27,413 bases of DNA from a virus (Duplodnaviria > Caudoviricetes): IMG/VR virus record IMGVR_UViG_3300030372_004711, positions 1 through 27,413 of that record; one strand, 5' to 3'. The position numbers and the translations under genes are program-made. The notes under the pieces are model-generated. The model saw only the letters and a list, made by a program, of their open reading frames with translations. It was not told the origin of the DNA and did not search any database. Shown in pieces: positions 1 to 9,445 of the stretch (its first letter is position 1; every line of letters begins with the position of its first letter).

Positions 1-2168
1 CGTGCAACACTTGAGGAGATTTGCCCACTCCTCGGAACGACCATTTCCCCCTCATGGAGCATTGCTAATCCACGATTAGACCCAGTAAAACGCAAACCAC
101 CTTGACCGCTCAACATGCGCCCGCCGCCCATCATGGATCCAGCATCCTGAAACGGTTGGGTAAAGAAGTCAAAGATTCTTTTGATGGCATCAAATATCGC
201 ATCGATGATGGAACCAAGGAAGCCAAGCGGATCCGTAAAGATACCACCGATCGCCTTGAATGCCTGTACAAGACCTTTGCCGATTACAGAAAGGAGTTGT
301 ATCGGCAACCTCAAGATTGCGTCAACAATCACAAGCGCGGCATCAAAGAGGATTGGCGGCAACGCCTCAATCAACAACGGCACCAAGATCTTGATCCCTT
401 GTGCAATACCCTCAAACGTTGCACGAAACTCTTCTTTTATTTCTTCGGGATCCTTTTGTCCAAGATCGGATAACGCTTGCACAACGCCACCAATCGCGGA
501 TCCTATAGGCCCAAACGCACCGGCAACCGCACCGATAAGAGCAGTTGGATCGGATGCGGCACCGATTGCAGTTTGTGCGATTCCGATTTGGCCCGCGATC
601 TGACGCTGTTGTAACGCCCTTCTTTCTCTTTCCGCGCGCTCTTGTACCGCCTTTTTTGCGGCATCGGTGTTGATACCTTCTTGCATCCCAATGAGGATGA
701 GTTTATCAAGGCGCTCTTGCTCTAATCGGTTGATCTTCTCAAGTTCGGTGATCTGATCGGATCCGGCATCTTTGATGATGTCACGCACCTCTTTGATTGC
801 CGCAAGGCGCTTCTTGTTTTCGTTGGCGAGTATTTTCAACAATTGCGCTTGTTTTTTCAGTCTCGCCAATCGTGCTTTTTCTGCGCGCTGTTGTTCCTTC
901 TTTGCGTCGGTGTTGTCTTTGGTATCTTTGGTATCTTTCTTGGTTGCTTTGTTGAGTTGACCCAGCACACCCTCAACAAGTTTGTAATCTCTTGCTAGTT
1001 GTGCCGCTGTTTTCGATGCACCATCTTTGGTGCTTGTGTTCTCGTTGAGGATCTCAAGTTCTTTTCTGTACGCCGCAATCCCATCATCAACCGCATCATT
1101 GAGATCAAAGGTATTGAGCGTGAGATCACCGATCGTCTTTGCAAGGTTGCCAAATATACTTTGTCCGGTCACTTGCTCAGATAGCATATTCAGAAGATCA
1201 AATGTTGGCTTCATGCCTTGTAATACAAGTTTTTTAAAACCCTCAAACAGTTGCCGCAACACGAGATTGACGAGCAACAAACCCGCTTGACCCAGTTGTT
1301 TTAGTCCTTCCGCACCGGATTGCAAGAATACATTGAGTGCAGTGACCGCAGCAACAACATTTTTCAACCCAACCTCAAAAAGGCGTAATACGCCGGTATT
1401 TTCAACAAAACTTTGCTTTGCTCTTTTGGTTACAAGATCCAACAACGCAAGATTTTTTTGAAACTGTGCCGCGCTCTTGCTCGCTTCCGGTCCCGCTCTT
1501 GTGCCGTATCGCTCAACCGCATCCGTAAACGCCTCAAACTTATCCGCACCAAGCGCTTGCACAACGCCGGATGCTTGACGGCCAAACAAGGCCATTGCCG
1601 TCCTTGCTTTTTGGGTTTGATCGTCAATGCCTTGCACCGCATGGATCATTTCAATAAAAACTTGATCCGCTGATTTTGCATTGCCCGCCGCATCACGCAA
1701 AGACAACCCCAGCCCACGAAACACCTTTGATGCATCGCTTGTTTCGTTGGATAGCTGATTCATGATCCTTGGGAACATCTTGAGGATCGTGTTGGCACTA
1801 TCCGCACTTTGACCGGATGCAACAAATGCCGTCCTCAATGCCTCAATGTTTTGCGCTGAGATACCGGATACCGTGCTTAGGTCATTGAGATCGTTGATGT
1901 TATCGACAACGGATGTTGTTAGCTCAAACATCGCTTGTGCGGCCTTGATCGCTGTGTTGGCCAATGCACCCACGGCATTTGCCGCAATACCCGCCGCCGC
2001 ACCAATTCCAGTAAACGCAGCACCAAGCGCACCCGCCGCCGCCAATCCGCTCATCTTGGTATCATTGAGCGATTTGCCAACCTTATCGGTTTTTTTCGCG
2101 GTATCACCAAGTGCTTTTGTTGCCTTGCCGGTTTTTACATCAAGAATATATTCAACAGTTGTACTCAT
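1..2168 (-). CDS. Tail tape measure protein (3'-truncated by window edge)
   Basis: Absent from the ORF track; hand-translated from ATG at 2168 (overlaps upstream TGA as ATGA): MSTTVEYILDVKTGKATKALGDTAKK... Open to position 1, Ala/Gly-rich helical with coiled-coil stretch, late MLHEGEMVVPR motif, directly after tail chaperones. Confidence 0.9.
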   Translation of the reverse strand, partial: MSTTVEYILDVKTGKATKALGDTAKKTDKVGKSLNDTKMSGLAAAGALGAAFTGIGAAAGIAANAVGALANTAIKAAQAMFELTTSVVDNINDLNDLSTVSGISAQNIEALRTAFVASGQSADSANTILKMFPRIMNQLSNETSDASKVFRGLGLSLRDAAGNAKSADQVFIEMIHAVQGIDDQTQKARTAMALFGRQASGVVQALGADKFEAFTDAVERYGTRAGPEASKSAAQFQKNLALLDLVTKRAKQSFVENTGVLRLFEVGLKNVVAAVTALNVFLQSGAEGLKQLGQAGLLLVNLVLRQLFEGFKKLVLQGMKPTFDLLNMLSEQVTGQSIFGNLAKTIGDLTLNTFDLNDAVDDGIAAYRKELEILNENTSTKDGASKTAAQLARDYKLVEGVLGQLNKATKKDTKDTKDNTDAKKEQQRAEKARLARLKKQAQLLKILANENKKRLAAIKEVRDIIKDAGSDQITELEKINRLEQERLDKLILIGMQEGINTDAAKKAVQERAERERRALQQRQIAGQIGIAQTAIGAASDPTALIGAVAGAFGPIGSAIGGVVQALSDLGQKDPEEIKEEFRATFEGIAQGIKILVPLLIEALPPILFDAALVIVDAILRLPIQLLSVIGKGLVQAFKAIGGIFTDPLGFLGSIIDAIFDAIKRIFDFFTQPFQDAGSMMGGGRMLSGQGGLRFTGSNRGLAMLHEGEMVVPRSGQISSSVA

Positions 2169-2419
2169 AATAGATCCGCAAGGTCAATGATTGATATGTT
2201 CGGAAACACTGTACTCTTTTTGCGCTTGTTGGTTTTGAGAATACGCTTGACGCGATCGCCTCTTGCCCGTACACATTGCACACAAACCAAAAGATCCGCC
2301 CATTGTAGTTTTGCAACATCGGAAGGGAGGACACCATATGTGCGGCCTATTATATCATACATGTGTACAAGATCCTCATCAACAGCGAAAGGTTTGCAAC
2401 CGTTCGGTTGCCTCCTCAT
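2165..2419 (-). CDS. Second tail assembly chaperone ORF (lambda gpT-like position); start uncertain, possibly expressed by frameshift
   Basis: Overlaps the 3' end of 2379..2894 in the +1 frame and abuts the tape measure start; short helical motif IGRTYGVLPSDVAKL. Confidence 0.7.
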   Translation of the reverse strand: MRRQPNGCKPFAVDEDLVHMYDIIGRTYGVLPSDVAKLQWADLLVCVQCVRARGDRVKRILKTNKRKKSTVFPNISIIDLADLL

Positions 2420-2894
2420 GTCCTTTCATGGCTTTATCAAGGATCGCTCTTCGATCCTCACTTTTCAGCATGCCAACCCACAAGCGATTTTGTTTTGCAT
2501 TTTGCTGATCAATCGCAGTGACAAGGTGCAACGGCTCCCATGTTTTGCCGCCGTCCTTCGAGCATCGACGTACACACTTTTGCAACAACCGATCCTCTCT
2601 TTCCGCGATTTGCTCAAGTTGTTCCGGCTTGATTGCACTTGCCATCTGTAAAAGTTCTTCGATGTCGTCTATATCGCCACTTCCGACTTTTTCCGCAAGC
2701 TCTTGCGTTTTGATAATCTGATCTTTACTTTGTGACTTAAACAGAGCATGAGCAAGCATCGCGCTTGCCAACCCTGCTGATTCTACTTCGCTAGGAGATA
2801 GGATCCGCCCTTCGATTTTAATCATGCCATCAAACACGTCAATCTCAAATGATGCGGATGCAATGATCTCCTCAAGGATATTTTTATCCATCAT
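2379..2894 (-). CDS. Tail assembly chaperone (lambda gpG-like position)
   Basis: 171 aa, between tail tube and tape measure; GAGG RBS. Confidence 0.7.
   Translation of the reverse strand: MMDKNILEEIIASASFEIDVFDGMIKIEGRILSPSEVESAGLASAMLAHALFKSQSKDQIIKTQELAEKVGSGDIDDIEELLQMASAIKPEQLEQIAEREDRLLQKCVRRCSKDGGKTWEPLHLVTAIDQQNAKQNRLWVGMLKSEDRRAILDKAMKGHEEATERLQTFRC
2385..2393 (-). other. Candidate +1 programmed frameshift site ACC-TTT-CGC
   Basis: Ends one codon before the G stop; UUU to UUC re-pairing enters the T frame. Confidence 0.4.
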
Positions 2895-2914
2895 TACACC
2901 TCGTTGGTTATTTA

Positions 2915-3856
2915 TTAGTTACTGGTTGCATTTGCTGCATCGTTCACCATTGTGATTTTGAATGCGGTTTCCGGTATGCTGAGATCGGCCAATCCAAAGA
3001 ATGTTACCGATCGCTCAACACGCCCAAAACTGTTTACATCGTCGCTATACTCGGTGATCTTGGCGTTGCGCAAAAGAAATGTCATTGTATCCGCACCCGC
3101 TGTAAACACAAGACTTACATCGGATTGAGTGCCGGCAAGTTGTGCATTGTACAGATTGTTATCAGAAAGATCAAGTGTTGCGGTTATGGTTACTTCTCGC
3201 ACATCACTAATTTGTGGTTGGCCCGTAAGTTTTGATCCAAGATTGTTGATGCGCTCAAGTTTGTTATCAATAGAGAACTCAAAAGATCGCACCGTGTAAT
3301 TGACGCCGTTAAAATCCAGTGTACCCGCTTGATGATGGAACATTTGCGCACCATCACCAAAAGATGGCGTGATCGCTGTTGTTCGTGCCGCTGCTGTTTC
3401 CGCAAGGATCTCAAAAGATGCGCTTGCTTCCGCGCCCGCCTCACAAGATATGCTCATTGATGTAACCATTGCACCCTCAAAAGTCTCAACGGATCCCGTT
3501 CCTCTTTGAAAGTCAATGGTCAAAGATGGCAGTACGGTTGTCGGTTCAAAGACGTGCGTATATGGGCCGGATCCGGTTGTTGCAGGTGTTCCACCGACCG
3601 CCGCTTTGAGCAACTGACCCATACCCTTAAAAAATACCGGCATTTCGATTGTGCCGCCCGCAAGCTCAAACCCATCAAAGGTTGCGCCCGCAAACGCCGC
3701 GGAGCTTTGAGAGAGATGTGTTGTGCGCTCTCTTTCTTGTGATCGTGATAGTGAAACACTTGTCACGCGGTTTGATATAGTTGTTGTAACCGCTGTGCCG
3801 TATGTGGTTTCCTCGTCGTACTTGATGAATGCGGATCTTCCGAATTGCAAAGGCAT
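2915..3856 (-). CDS. Major tail (tube) protein
   Basis: 313 aa, Thr/Ser-rich beta protein with EETTYG start, GPYTHVF and FEFSIDNKLE motifs; upstream of chaperones; AGGAG RBS. Confidence 0.85.
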   Translation of the reverse strand: MPLQFGRSAFIKYDEETTYGTAVTTTISNRVTSVSLSRSQERERTTHLSQSSAAFAGATFDGFELAGGTIEMPVFFKGMGQLLKAAVGGTPATTGSGPYTHVFEPTTVLPSLTIDFQRGTGSVETFEGAMVTSMSISCEAGAEASASFEILAETAAARTTAITPSFGDGAQMFHHQAGTLDFNGVNYTVRSFEFSIDNKLERINNLGSKLTGQPQISDVREVTITATLDLSDNNLYNAQLAGTQSDVSLVFTAGADTMTFLLRNAKITEYSDDVNSFGRVERSVTFFGLADLSIPETAFKITMVNDAANATSN

Positions 3857-3866
3857 TTTTTATCTC

Positions 3867-4631
3867 CTAGGATGGTAATTGATCGCGGGTTTGTATCAAA
3901 CACCGTATATCTATTTGTTGAGTTTCAGTTGTGGTGATGCGGCAAACGAGCGCATAATCTGTATTGTTGGATCCCGCTCTTGCGCGCACCTTGACAAAAC
4001 CCTCAATAAATCTGGTTTTGGATTCATCGAATCGGGCATCGTCGTTGGATCCTGTATTATCAAAACTTTGTATGACAACATGCTCAAGGCCTTCCATGCC
4101 AAAACGTGAATTGTACGAAGAGGCACGCAAGCCAAAAAGGTTTGATACGGCAAAGTATATATCGATCTGATCTGTTGATGCCTTGACAAAAGAGGTTTGT
4201 GGCTCACTGGATGGCGGTCTTTGTAGTGGTTGCGTAACAAGCAAACCGGTTGGTCTTGATAGGTCAATATGTCCGGTCAATGCGCTCGATGGTGTGAACG
4301 TTGTTGCCAGATCACTCGATTCGGATGGGTTTTGAAAATACACATATATCAGTGCAACGGTTTGCGTTGTCAATCGATATGCATTGACCTCAAGGGTAAG
4401 CACACGATTTGCATAGCTTGCACCGGCGGCACGATCAAAAGTCAGCAGTTGTCCTTCGTTGTCCACAACAACCACATCGAAAAAATCCGATCGTATGTTC
4501 TCCCAAAACAGATCCCAATCCGACGGAATCTCTATTGTTATGTCAACCGGTGTAACCGCACCCGATCCGGTGGAACTTGCATCCACCGCGACCGGTTGCC
4601 GTTGTTTATATGATTCACTATACCAACTCAT
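3867..4631 (-). CDS. Virion protein with DUF2341-like N-terminal domain
   Basis: MSWY...YKQRQPVAV and FWENIRSDFFDVVVVDNEGQLL...IYVYFQNP resemble the DUF2341 pattern from memory; lies in neck/tail module. Confidence 0.5.
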   Translation of the reverse strand: MSWYSESYKQRQPVAVDASSTGSGAVTPVDITIEIPSDWDLFWENIRSDFFDVVVVDNEGQLLTFDRAAGASYANRVLTLEVNAYRLTTQTVALIYVYFQNPSESSDLATTFTPSSALTGHIDLSRPTGLLVTQPLQRPPSSEPQTSFVKASTDQIDIYFAVSNLFGLRASSYNSRFGMEGLEHVVIQSFDNTGSNDDARFDESKTRFIEGFVKVRARAGSNNTDYALVCRITTTETQQIDIRCLIQTRDQLPS

Positions 4632-5080
4632 TATATCCCCGTATCCGTTTGGCTGTATACTTGTACCTCAATGTAACCGATACCAACACCTTCAACACCA
4701 AAACGATCGCCATCCTCAGCAAGAAAGGCGCATTTTATATCATCAACGATGGAAGGTAAGGCGATCTGACGATCTGCAACCAATGCCTTGACCATATCCT
4801 CAACGAGATCCATCGCATTGACAGCGCGCTCACCAAGATCACCGCCGCCAACATATGCATATATCTCAAAGGTGTTGGTGATACGATAACGGCCTAAGGA
4901 TTGCCCAAATTCGCTTGTGGCTTGTGCAAAGTGTACACATGCAAACGGCACATATGGCGGATCAATCGTTGCACCGATTTGCACACGATTGGACATATTC
5001 AATCCAGATTCACCGCCTGAAAAATTTACAGCGATCAAGGATTTTAATTTTTCCGCTATTTGTCGTGTACGTGATGCCAT
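4631..5080 (-). CDS. Putative tail terminator/completion protein
   Basis: 149 aa, follows gp10-like gene, TAATG-coupled to next gene; size and position typical. Confidence 0.6.
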   Translation of the reverse strand: MASRTRQIAEKLKSLIAVNFSGGESGLNMSNRVQIGATIDPPYVPFACVHFAQATSEFGQSLGRYRITNTFEIYAYVGGGDLGERAVNAMDLVEDMVKALVADRQIALPSIVDDIKCAFLAEDGDRFGVEGVGIGYIEVQVYSQTDTGI

Positions 5081-5481
5081 TATTTTTCATCCAGTGATAA
5101 CGCAAGAAGGTTCTCGAGCTGTTTGGGTACATCGTCCTGCTTGATCTTTTGCACGGCCCTACCCATAAACAAACGAGGCTCCAATCCAATCGCAGGCGCA
5201 CCAAACTCCATAAATCGCGCATAATTTACAGGCGATCCGCCCGTGTTACCACCGGCACGAAGAACAACACGCGGATTGCCGTTCTTGGAATCAACAAGGC
5301 CGGTGATCGATGATCTCAATCTTCCGGTTCTTACTCTTGGGTATGTGGTTGCGTTTTTCTTGGCTTGCGCTTCCGCCTTGAGTGATAGCTTGAGCATTTG
5401 CTTAAACAGGTTTTTTATAAGCTCCCGATCTGCTTTTCTCATGCGTTGTTGAAATTGTGCCAATGTTATTTGCGTAGGCAT
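5080..5481 (-). CDS. HK97 gp10-like neck/tail-completion protein
   Basis: Basic protein with RTGRLRSSI, YARFMEFG and PRLFMGRA motifs. Confidence 0.85.
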   Translation of the reverse strand: MPTQITLAQFQQRMRKADRELIKNLFKQMLKLSLKAEAQAKKNATTYPRVRTGRLRSSITGLVDSKNGNPRVVLRAGGNTGGSPVNYARFMEFGAPAIGLEPRLFMGRAVQKIKQDDVPKQLENLLALSLDEK

Positions 5482-5489
5482 TGATCACC

Positions 5490-6104
5490 TCACAAGATTT
5501 GACGCGATTCGCGGAACGGCGCAAGGATCTCAGCGACTTCTTTGGGCATCGTCTTTGGTGATATAGAGATTGTTGCCGCGCGCTGTGTAATACTGTCTTT
5601 TCCTTGTGTCGCTTTGTTTCGATGCAGCTGGCTAGCCCATACACAGATCCCGTGCTCAAGATCTGCAGGCAATTGGTTATTTGCATAACCAGCCTCACAA
5701 ACCACTTTGATTGCACGATAACCACGCTCAAAGGTGTCTGTTGCAATAATCGGATCAAGGATAACTTGTCCAAGGTATTTATCAAGAGAATACGTTGTTG
5801 CATCGATCAACGTATCCGCGTTGTATTGCCGATCAACATCACTGTGTATGGATGCAACGCTTTGAATCGGTCTCATTGGTAGCTGTAAAACTTGCGGGTT
5901 TTCATGTGTTGGCCCGTCAAGAAAAAAGGTGTGCGTTGCGGAAAGCATGCGAGGTGACGCAAGATTATCGCTCTTGCGCCACCCCATATAGCGAGCGGTT
6001 GCGGCCTCCACGCGATCAAGCAGTGCCTCAAGGTCAGTATTGGCGGCATCGCCTGTGACCTCGGGCAAGTATTGCTTGAGCGTGGAAACCGTAACCATTG
6101 CCAT
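5490..6104 (-). CDS. Head-tail adaptor (HK97 gp6/SPP1 gp15-like, long form)
   Basis: VTVSTLKQYL...ATARYMG at N-terminus, AGY...LPADLEHGI, and MPKEVAEILAPFR at C-terminus. Confidence 0.85.
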   Translation of the reverse strand: MAMVTVSTLKQYLPEVTGDAANTDLEALLDRVEAATARYMGWRKSDNLASPRMLSATHTFFLDGPTHENPQVLQLPMRPIQSVASIHSDVDRQYNADTLIDATTYSLDKYLGQVILDPIIATDTFERGYRAIKVVCEAGYANNQLPADLEHGICVWASQLHRNKATQGKDSITQRAATISISPKTMPKEVAEILAPFRESRQIL

Positions 6105-6106
6105 AA

Positions 6107-6469
6107 CTAGAATTGTCTCGCAGTTTCAAAGACAAGAACAAGATCGCAATCAACAGCAAGGCCGGATGCTGAGAAATCATACTCAACCTTGAGGCATGTT
6201 GATGCGGTAACGTCTCCATTTGAAACGGTCAGCTCTTCCGGTGTCAATGCCGCAAGAGATACCGCGTTGAAGAGGCGAACCGCAAGCGTTGTGCTTCCGT
6301 TCTTGATTGCGATTTGACTATAGTTTGTACCATCGTGCGTGATACCGCCACGGCTTGCAATCATAACCTTTTTGAGTGTCGCATTGCGATCACAGGGAAT
6401 GGCATGCAATACCGTTGTTGCGGTGAGTGCGGATGTTTTTACTGCGGGTACGTGGATTCTATATTCCAT
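6107..6469 (-). CDS. Small beta-rich virion protein, possible capsid decoration protein
   Basis: Start moved to ATG 6469 (MEYRIH, AGGAG RBS); 120 aa directly after the major capsid gene. Confidence 0.5.
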   Translation of the reverse strand: MEYRIHVPAVKTSALTATTVLHAIPCDRNATLKKVMIASRGGITHDGTNYSQIAIKNGSTTLAVRLFNAVSLAALTPEELTVSNGDVTASTCLKVEYDFSASGLAVDCDLVLVFETARQF

Positions 6470-6479
6470 GATAATTCTC

Positions 6480-7955
6480 CTATGATGTTGCCATCTTGAA
6501 ACCGAACGCAACGTTTTTGGTTGCATCAAGATCAAGAGTGTCAAAATTGGTTCTCATTGTCGCGACAATTTCAGTGGCCCCGACATCAATTTTGCGATCG
6601 GATTCAACGAGGATACCGCGACGCTCAAAGATGTACCAAGATGGAGCGTGAGCCATCAAAAGACCTGTTTTGTCTGTGGTTACATTGTCGTACTTACCAG
6701 CGTTGTTGAGGTCTGCGCCCATAAAGCGTGTCATGATGATAGGCATACCCAACACGTTCGCGATCTGTCCGCTAACAATTGTTGCAGCGGGGCCAAACTT
6801 ATCGACGGTCAAAACCTGATCCAACCCAAGAAGGTTTGCAAGAATCGCCTCGGGTGATGCAAAGATTACAACATTTTGCATGGCTAACTCACCCATTTGC
6901 GCCTTGAGACCAAGAAGCTTTGCAAAGGTAAAGCCAGAAAGATCGGCGGTTGCACTACGATCAAACGCTTGCTTTCTCATCCCCTTAAACATGCGACGAT
7001 GATCGGAGGATCCACCAAGAGCGGGGGTTGTTCCCCATCTTCCACGCAGATTCCAGTCAGAAATTGCATCTTGATGGGTTCCGCTATCATCACCATTGAT
7101 AAGAGCATCCTCCATTGCGTCATTTAAATCCATAACAATTTGACGTTGCAAAGCAGGAATAACCGCGATCGCGCTGTCTTCTTGAGCTGCATCATCAATG
7201 AGGAATCGAGATGCCAAGCCTTTTACAGTGATGGATTTTTGTGAAGTTTTTACGCTTGAAGCGGTATAGGAGGCTGGATTGTCGCTTGAGATGCTTCCTT
7301 TTAGATAGGGACGGCCGCCGCGCTCAAGCCTAGGCACGAGGATGGTTGATCGTTCGACTTGTTGCTTTTGCAGGTTGTCGGCAACAACGCGCGGGATCTG
7401 GCTTTGCTCTTCGATGTTAAAATACAGGTTTGCGGCAAAACTATCGGGGATCCATTCGGCACCTTCTGAAGCGGCATCAGTAAAGGCGCGATTTATTGCA
7501 GGCTGCATAAAACGAGGTGCTTTTTGCAGGTGCTTCCAAAGCTTCAGATCGCTCTTTGGTGTATGTGGTGTGGACATAATCAATCGAGCAAGTGACCGTT
7601 CTTTGTTGATGTTGATAAGATCGGCATGCCATTGATTTACGGGTGTATCACTATCAAGCAATCCCTTTTCTTCGACGGTTACAGTACCACGGCCGGCAAT
7701 TTGTACATTGCGTTTTTGTGATGACCATTGTACACCGTTTTCGTGTACAAAGTTCTTGAGAAGGAACTCAGGCGCGTTTGCGTGTTCTTCTCTTGTGGTT
7801 GGGGTTGCTTGTGCTTCTTGGATCAGGCGTTGTGCGCGCTTGAGATCATCAAGTTGCTTTTCGAATTGAGAGAATTTCTCATTCGCTGTGTTCTGATGCG
7901 TTTTGATCCCATCAAGGATGCTTTTTGCCTCAGCTACGAGTTTTTGATCACTCAT
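6480..7955 (-). CDS. Major capsid protein, HK97 fold with N-terminal scaffold (delta-like) domain
   Basis: 491 aa after the protease; N-terminal coiled coil, EGAEWIP, EDALINGD and VLGMPII motifs. Confidence 0.92.
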   Translation of the reverse strand: MSDQKLVAEAKSILDGIKTHQNTANEKFSQFEKQLDDLKRAQRLIQEAQATPTTREEHANAPEFLLKNFVHENGVQWSSQKRNVQIAGRGTVTVEEKGLLDSDTPVNQWHADLININKERSLARLIMSTPHTPKSDLKLWKHLQKAPRFMQPAINRAFTDAASEGAEWIPDSFAANLYFNIEEQSQIPRVVADNLQKQQVERSTILVPRLERGGRPYLKGSISSDNPASYTASSVKTSQKSITVKGLASRFLIDDAAQEDSAIAVIPALQRQIVMDLNDAMEDALINGDDSGTHQDAISDWNLRGRWGTTPALGGSSDHRRMFKGMRKQAFDRSATADLSGFTFAKLLGLKAQMGELAMQNVVIFASPEAILANLLGLDQVLTVDKFGPAATIVSGQIANVLGMPIIMTRFMGADLNNAGKYDNVTTDKTGLLMAHAPSWYIFERRGILVESDRKIDVGATEIVATMRTNFDTLDLDATKNVAFGFKMATS

Positions 7956-8848
7956 TGGTTATCTCCATTTAGTAAAGACCGCAAAAAGTCGCGCTCTTGT
8001 GGGGTTAAAAAATTTTTTTCCTTGTCTTCTTCGCTGTCCTCATCATGATATTTCTCTTCATCATCATCATCTTTGGGCTTCATGGCGTCCTGCTCCATCT
8101 CTTCCTCTTCATCCATATCGCCCATTATGTCAGCTTTTAGCCTTGATGGATCGTGTTCTTCGATGATCTCAAAACGAAACGTAGAAGATGCACCTTCATG
8201 ATCAGCATCTTCGCCAACCATGAGAACCGGTCCGCCTTCGTAATCCATCCAATGATGCCCATCAGGTGCGGCAATCTCTATGGTGTCTTTTGATACCTGC
8301 TTAATTTGTCCCTGCATTGTCTTCTCCACACAAGATGCAATGTATTCCCTGATAATTGTCTCAATGTCAAGGTTTAACGATTTGGCGGCAACGGCATCAC
8401 CATTGGCGGGTATCGTAACGATTGAAACCTCTAGGAGCTCAGCACGATCAAAATACTGGCCGCTTTGTCCATGTGCGGGGTGCGATTTTTCAAGCATGGA
8501 TCTTGGTGTTGCATCAAGAGGATTGAAGCCAACACTTACAGCATTGAGGAATCCGGCTTTTGTTTTGCGCGCAACCTCAGCAGCTTGCGGATCACCCATG
8601 TCAAACTCAACGTCAACCATCAAACGACCATCGATAACCTCAACCTCACCCTTTCCGATTGGTAAAGCATTGGCATTGTGATTGAGTAAGATCACCGGAT
8701 TCGCTCGAAACTTATCCAATTCCCATGAATTTTGATTGATGATATCACCATAACGATCCTCATTTGCAGTACTCGCAACAAAGGATATGGCACCCTCTTT
8801 TTGCACGCCATCGCGCAGAATCTGGCATTGTAAATTTTTTACATACAT
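7952..8848 (-). CDS. HK97-family prohead protease with C-terminal extension
   Basis: DRYGDII, ILLNHN, AVSVGF and LLEVSIVTIPAN motifs; ATG 8848 with GAGG RBS. Confidence 0.93.
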   Translation of the reverse strand: MYVKNLQCQILRDGVQKEGAISFVASTANEDRYGDIINQNSWELDKFRANPVILLNHNANALPIGKGEVEVIDGRLMVDVEFDMGDPQAAEVARKTKAGFLNAVSVGFNPLDATPRSMLEKSHPAHGQSGQYFDRAELLEVSIVTIPANGDAVAAKSLNLDIETIIREYIASCVEKTMQGQIKQVSKDTIEIAAPDGHHWMDYEGGPVLMVGEDADHEGASSTFRFEIIEEHDPSRLKADIMGDMDEEEEMEQDAMKPKDDDDEEKYHDEDSEEDKEKNFLTPQERDFLRSLLNGDNQ

Positions 8849-8947
8849 ACGCACCTCATATATGTATATACATGATCATATAGGGTTTTGCAAGAATTAC
8901 AAGTATTGTAAAAAATACAAGAAAATAAAAATAATTAAAAATAATCC

Positions 8948-8975
8948 TTTACATTTCTTATGATTATATTATAAT
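8948..8975 (+). promoter_or_regulatory. Sigma70-like promoter with overlapping palindromic operator
   Basis: TTTACA-16 nt-TATAAT after an A-rich tract; ATGATTATATTATAAT at 8960-8975. Confidence 0.7.
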
Positions 8976-9017
8976 GAGTAATATAAACAACAACACAAAC
9001 AAAAAGAGGACAACAAA

Positions 9018-9275
9018 ATGAACCAAGACAACCTTATTACAAAACTTGAAAAAATGGGCTTTGAATTTTTCGATGAGTGTGACGATGGAGTTTGGGAAAT
9101 GACAATTTGCAACGGCAAACAGTCATACACCATCAACAGATGCATGGTCTATCAGCACGGAACCGGAATCACAAAAAAGATCGAATGGTACGAAACTGGA
9201 CTGCAGTGGATTATCGATATGGAAACAATGACAACAACCAAGCCCGCACAAGCGGGCACAACCCCCAACCAATAG
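9018..9275 (+). CDS. Hypothetical protein
   Basis: 85 aa, AGAGGA RBS, first gene after promoter; 3' end reads through repeat copy 1. Confidence 0.75.
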   Translation: MNQDNLITKLEKMGFEFFDECDDGVWEMTICNGKQSYTINRCMVYQHGTGITKKIEWYETGLQWIIDMETMTTTKPAQAGTTPNQ

Positions 9276-9288
9276 GACAACAACAATG
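9235..9288 (+). repeat. Hairpin-leader repeat, copy 1
   Basis: CAACCAAGCCCGCACAAGCGGGCACAACCCCCAACCAATAGGACAACAACAATG; stem GCCCGC/GCGGGC. Confidence 0.9.
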
Positions 9289-9444
9289 TACTACAATGAA
9301 TACCTGTACAAGAAATTACAAGAAATGCTTGATCAGCTTGACGCTTTGATCGAGCAATCGAACATCGACAACACGCACCAAGATGATCTCAATGAGATCT
9401 ATACCAAGATCGATCTTCTTCTCGAGAAGATCGAAAACAAGTAA
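9286..9444 (+). CDS. Small acidic helical hypothetical protein (52 aa)
   Basis: Hand-translated MYYNEYLYKKLQEMLDQLDALIEQ...KIENK; AGGA RBS; fills the gap between the two repeats exactly. Confidence 0.8.
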   Translation: MYYNEYLYKKLQEMLDQLDALIEQSNIDNTHQDDLNEIYTKIDLLLEKIENK

Positions 9445-9445
9445 C

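Noticed and set aside
102-2190. Plus-strand ORFs over the tape measure gene, and similar shadow ORFs throughout
   Set aside because: Antisense to clear phage genes and no recognisable motifs
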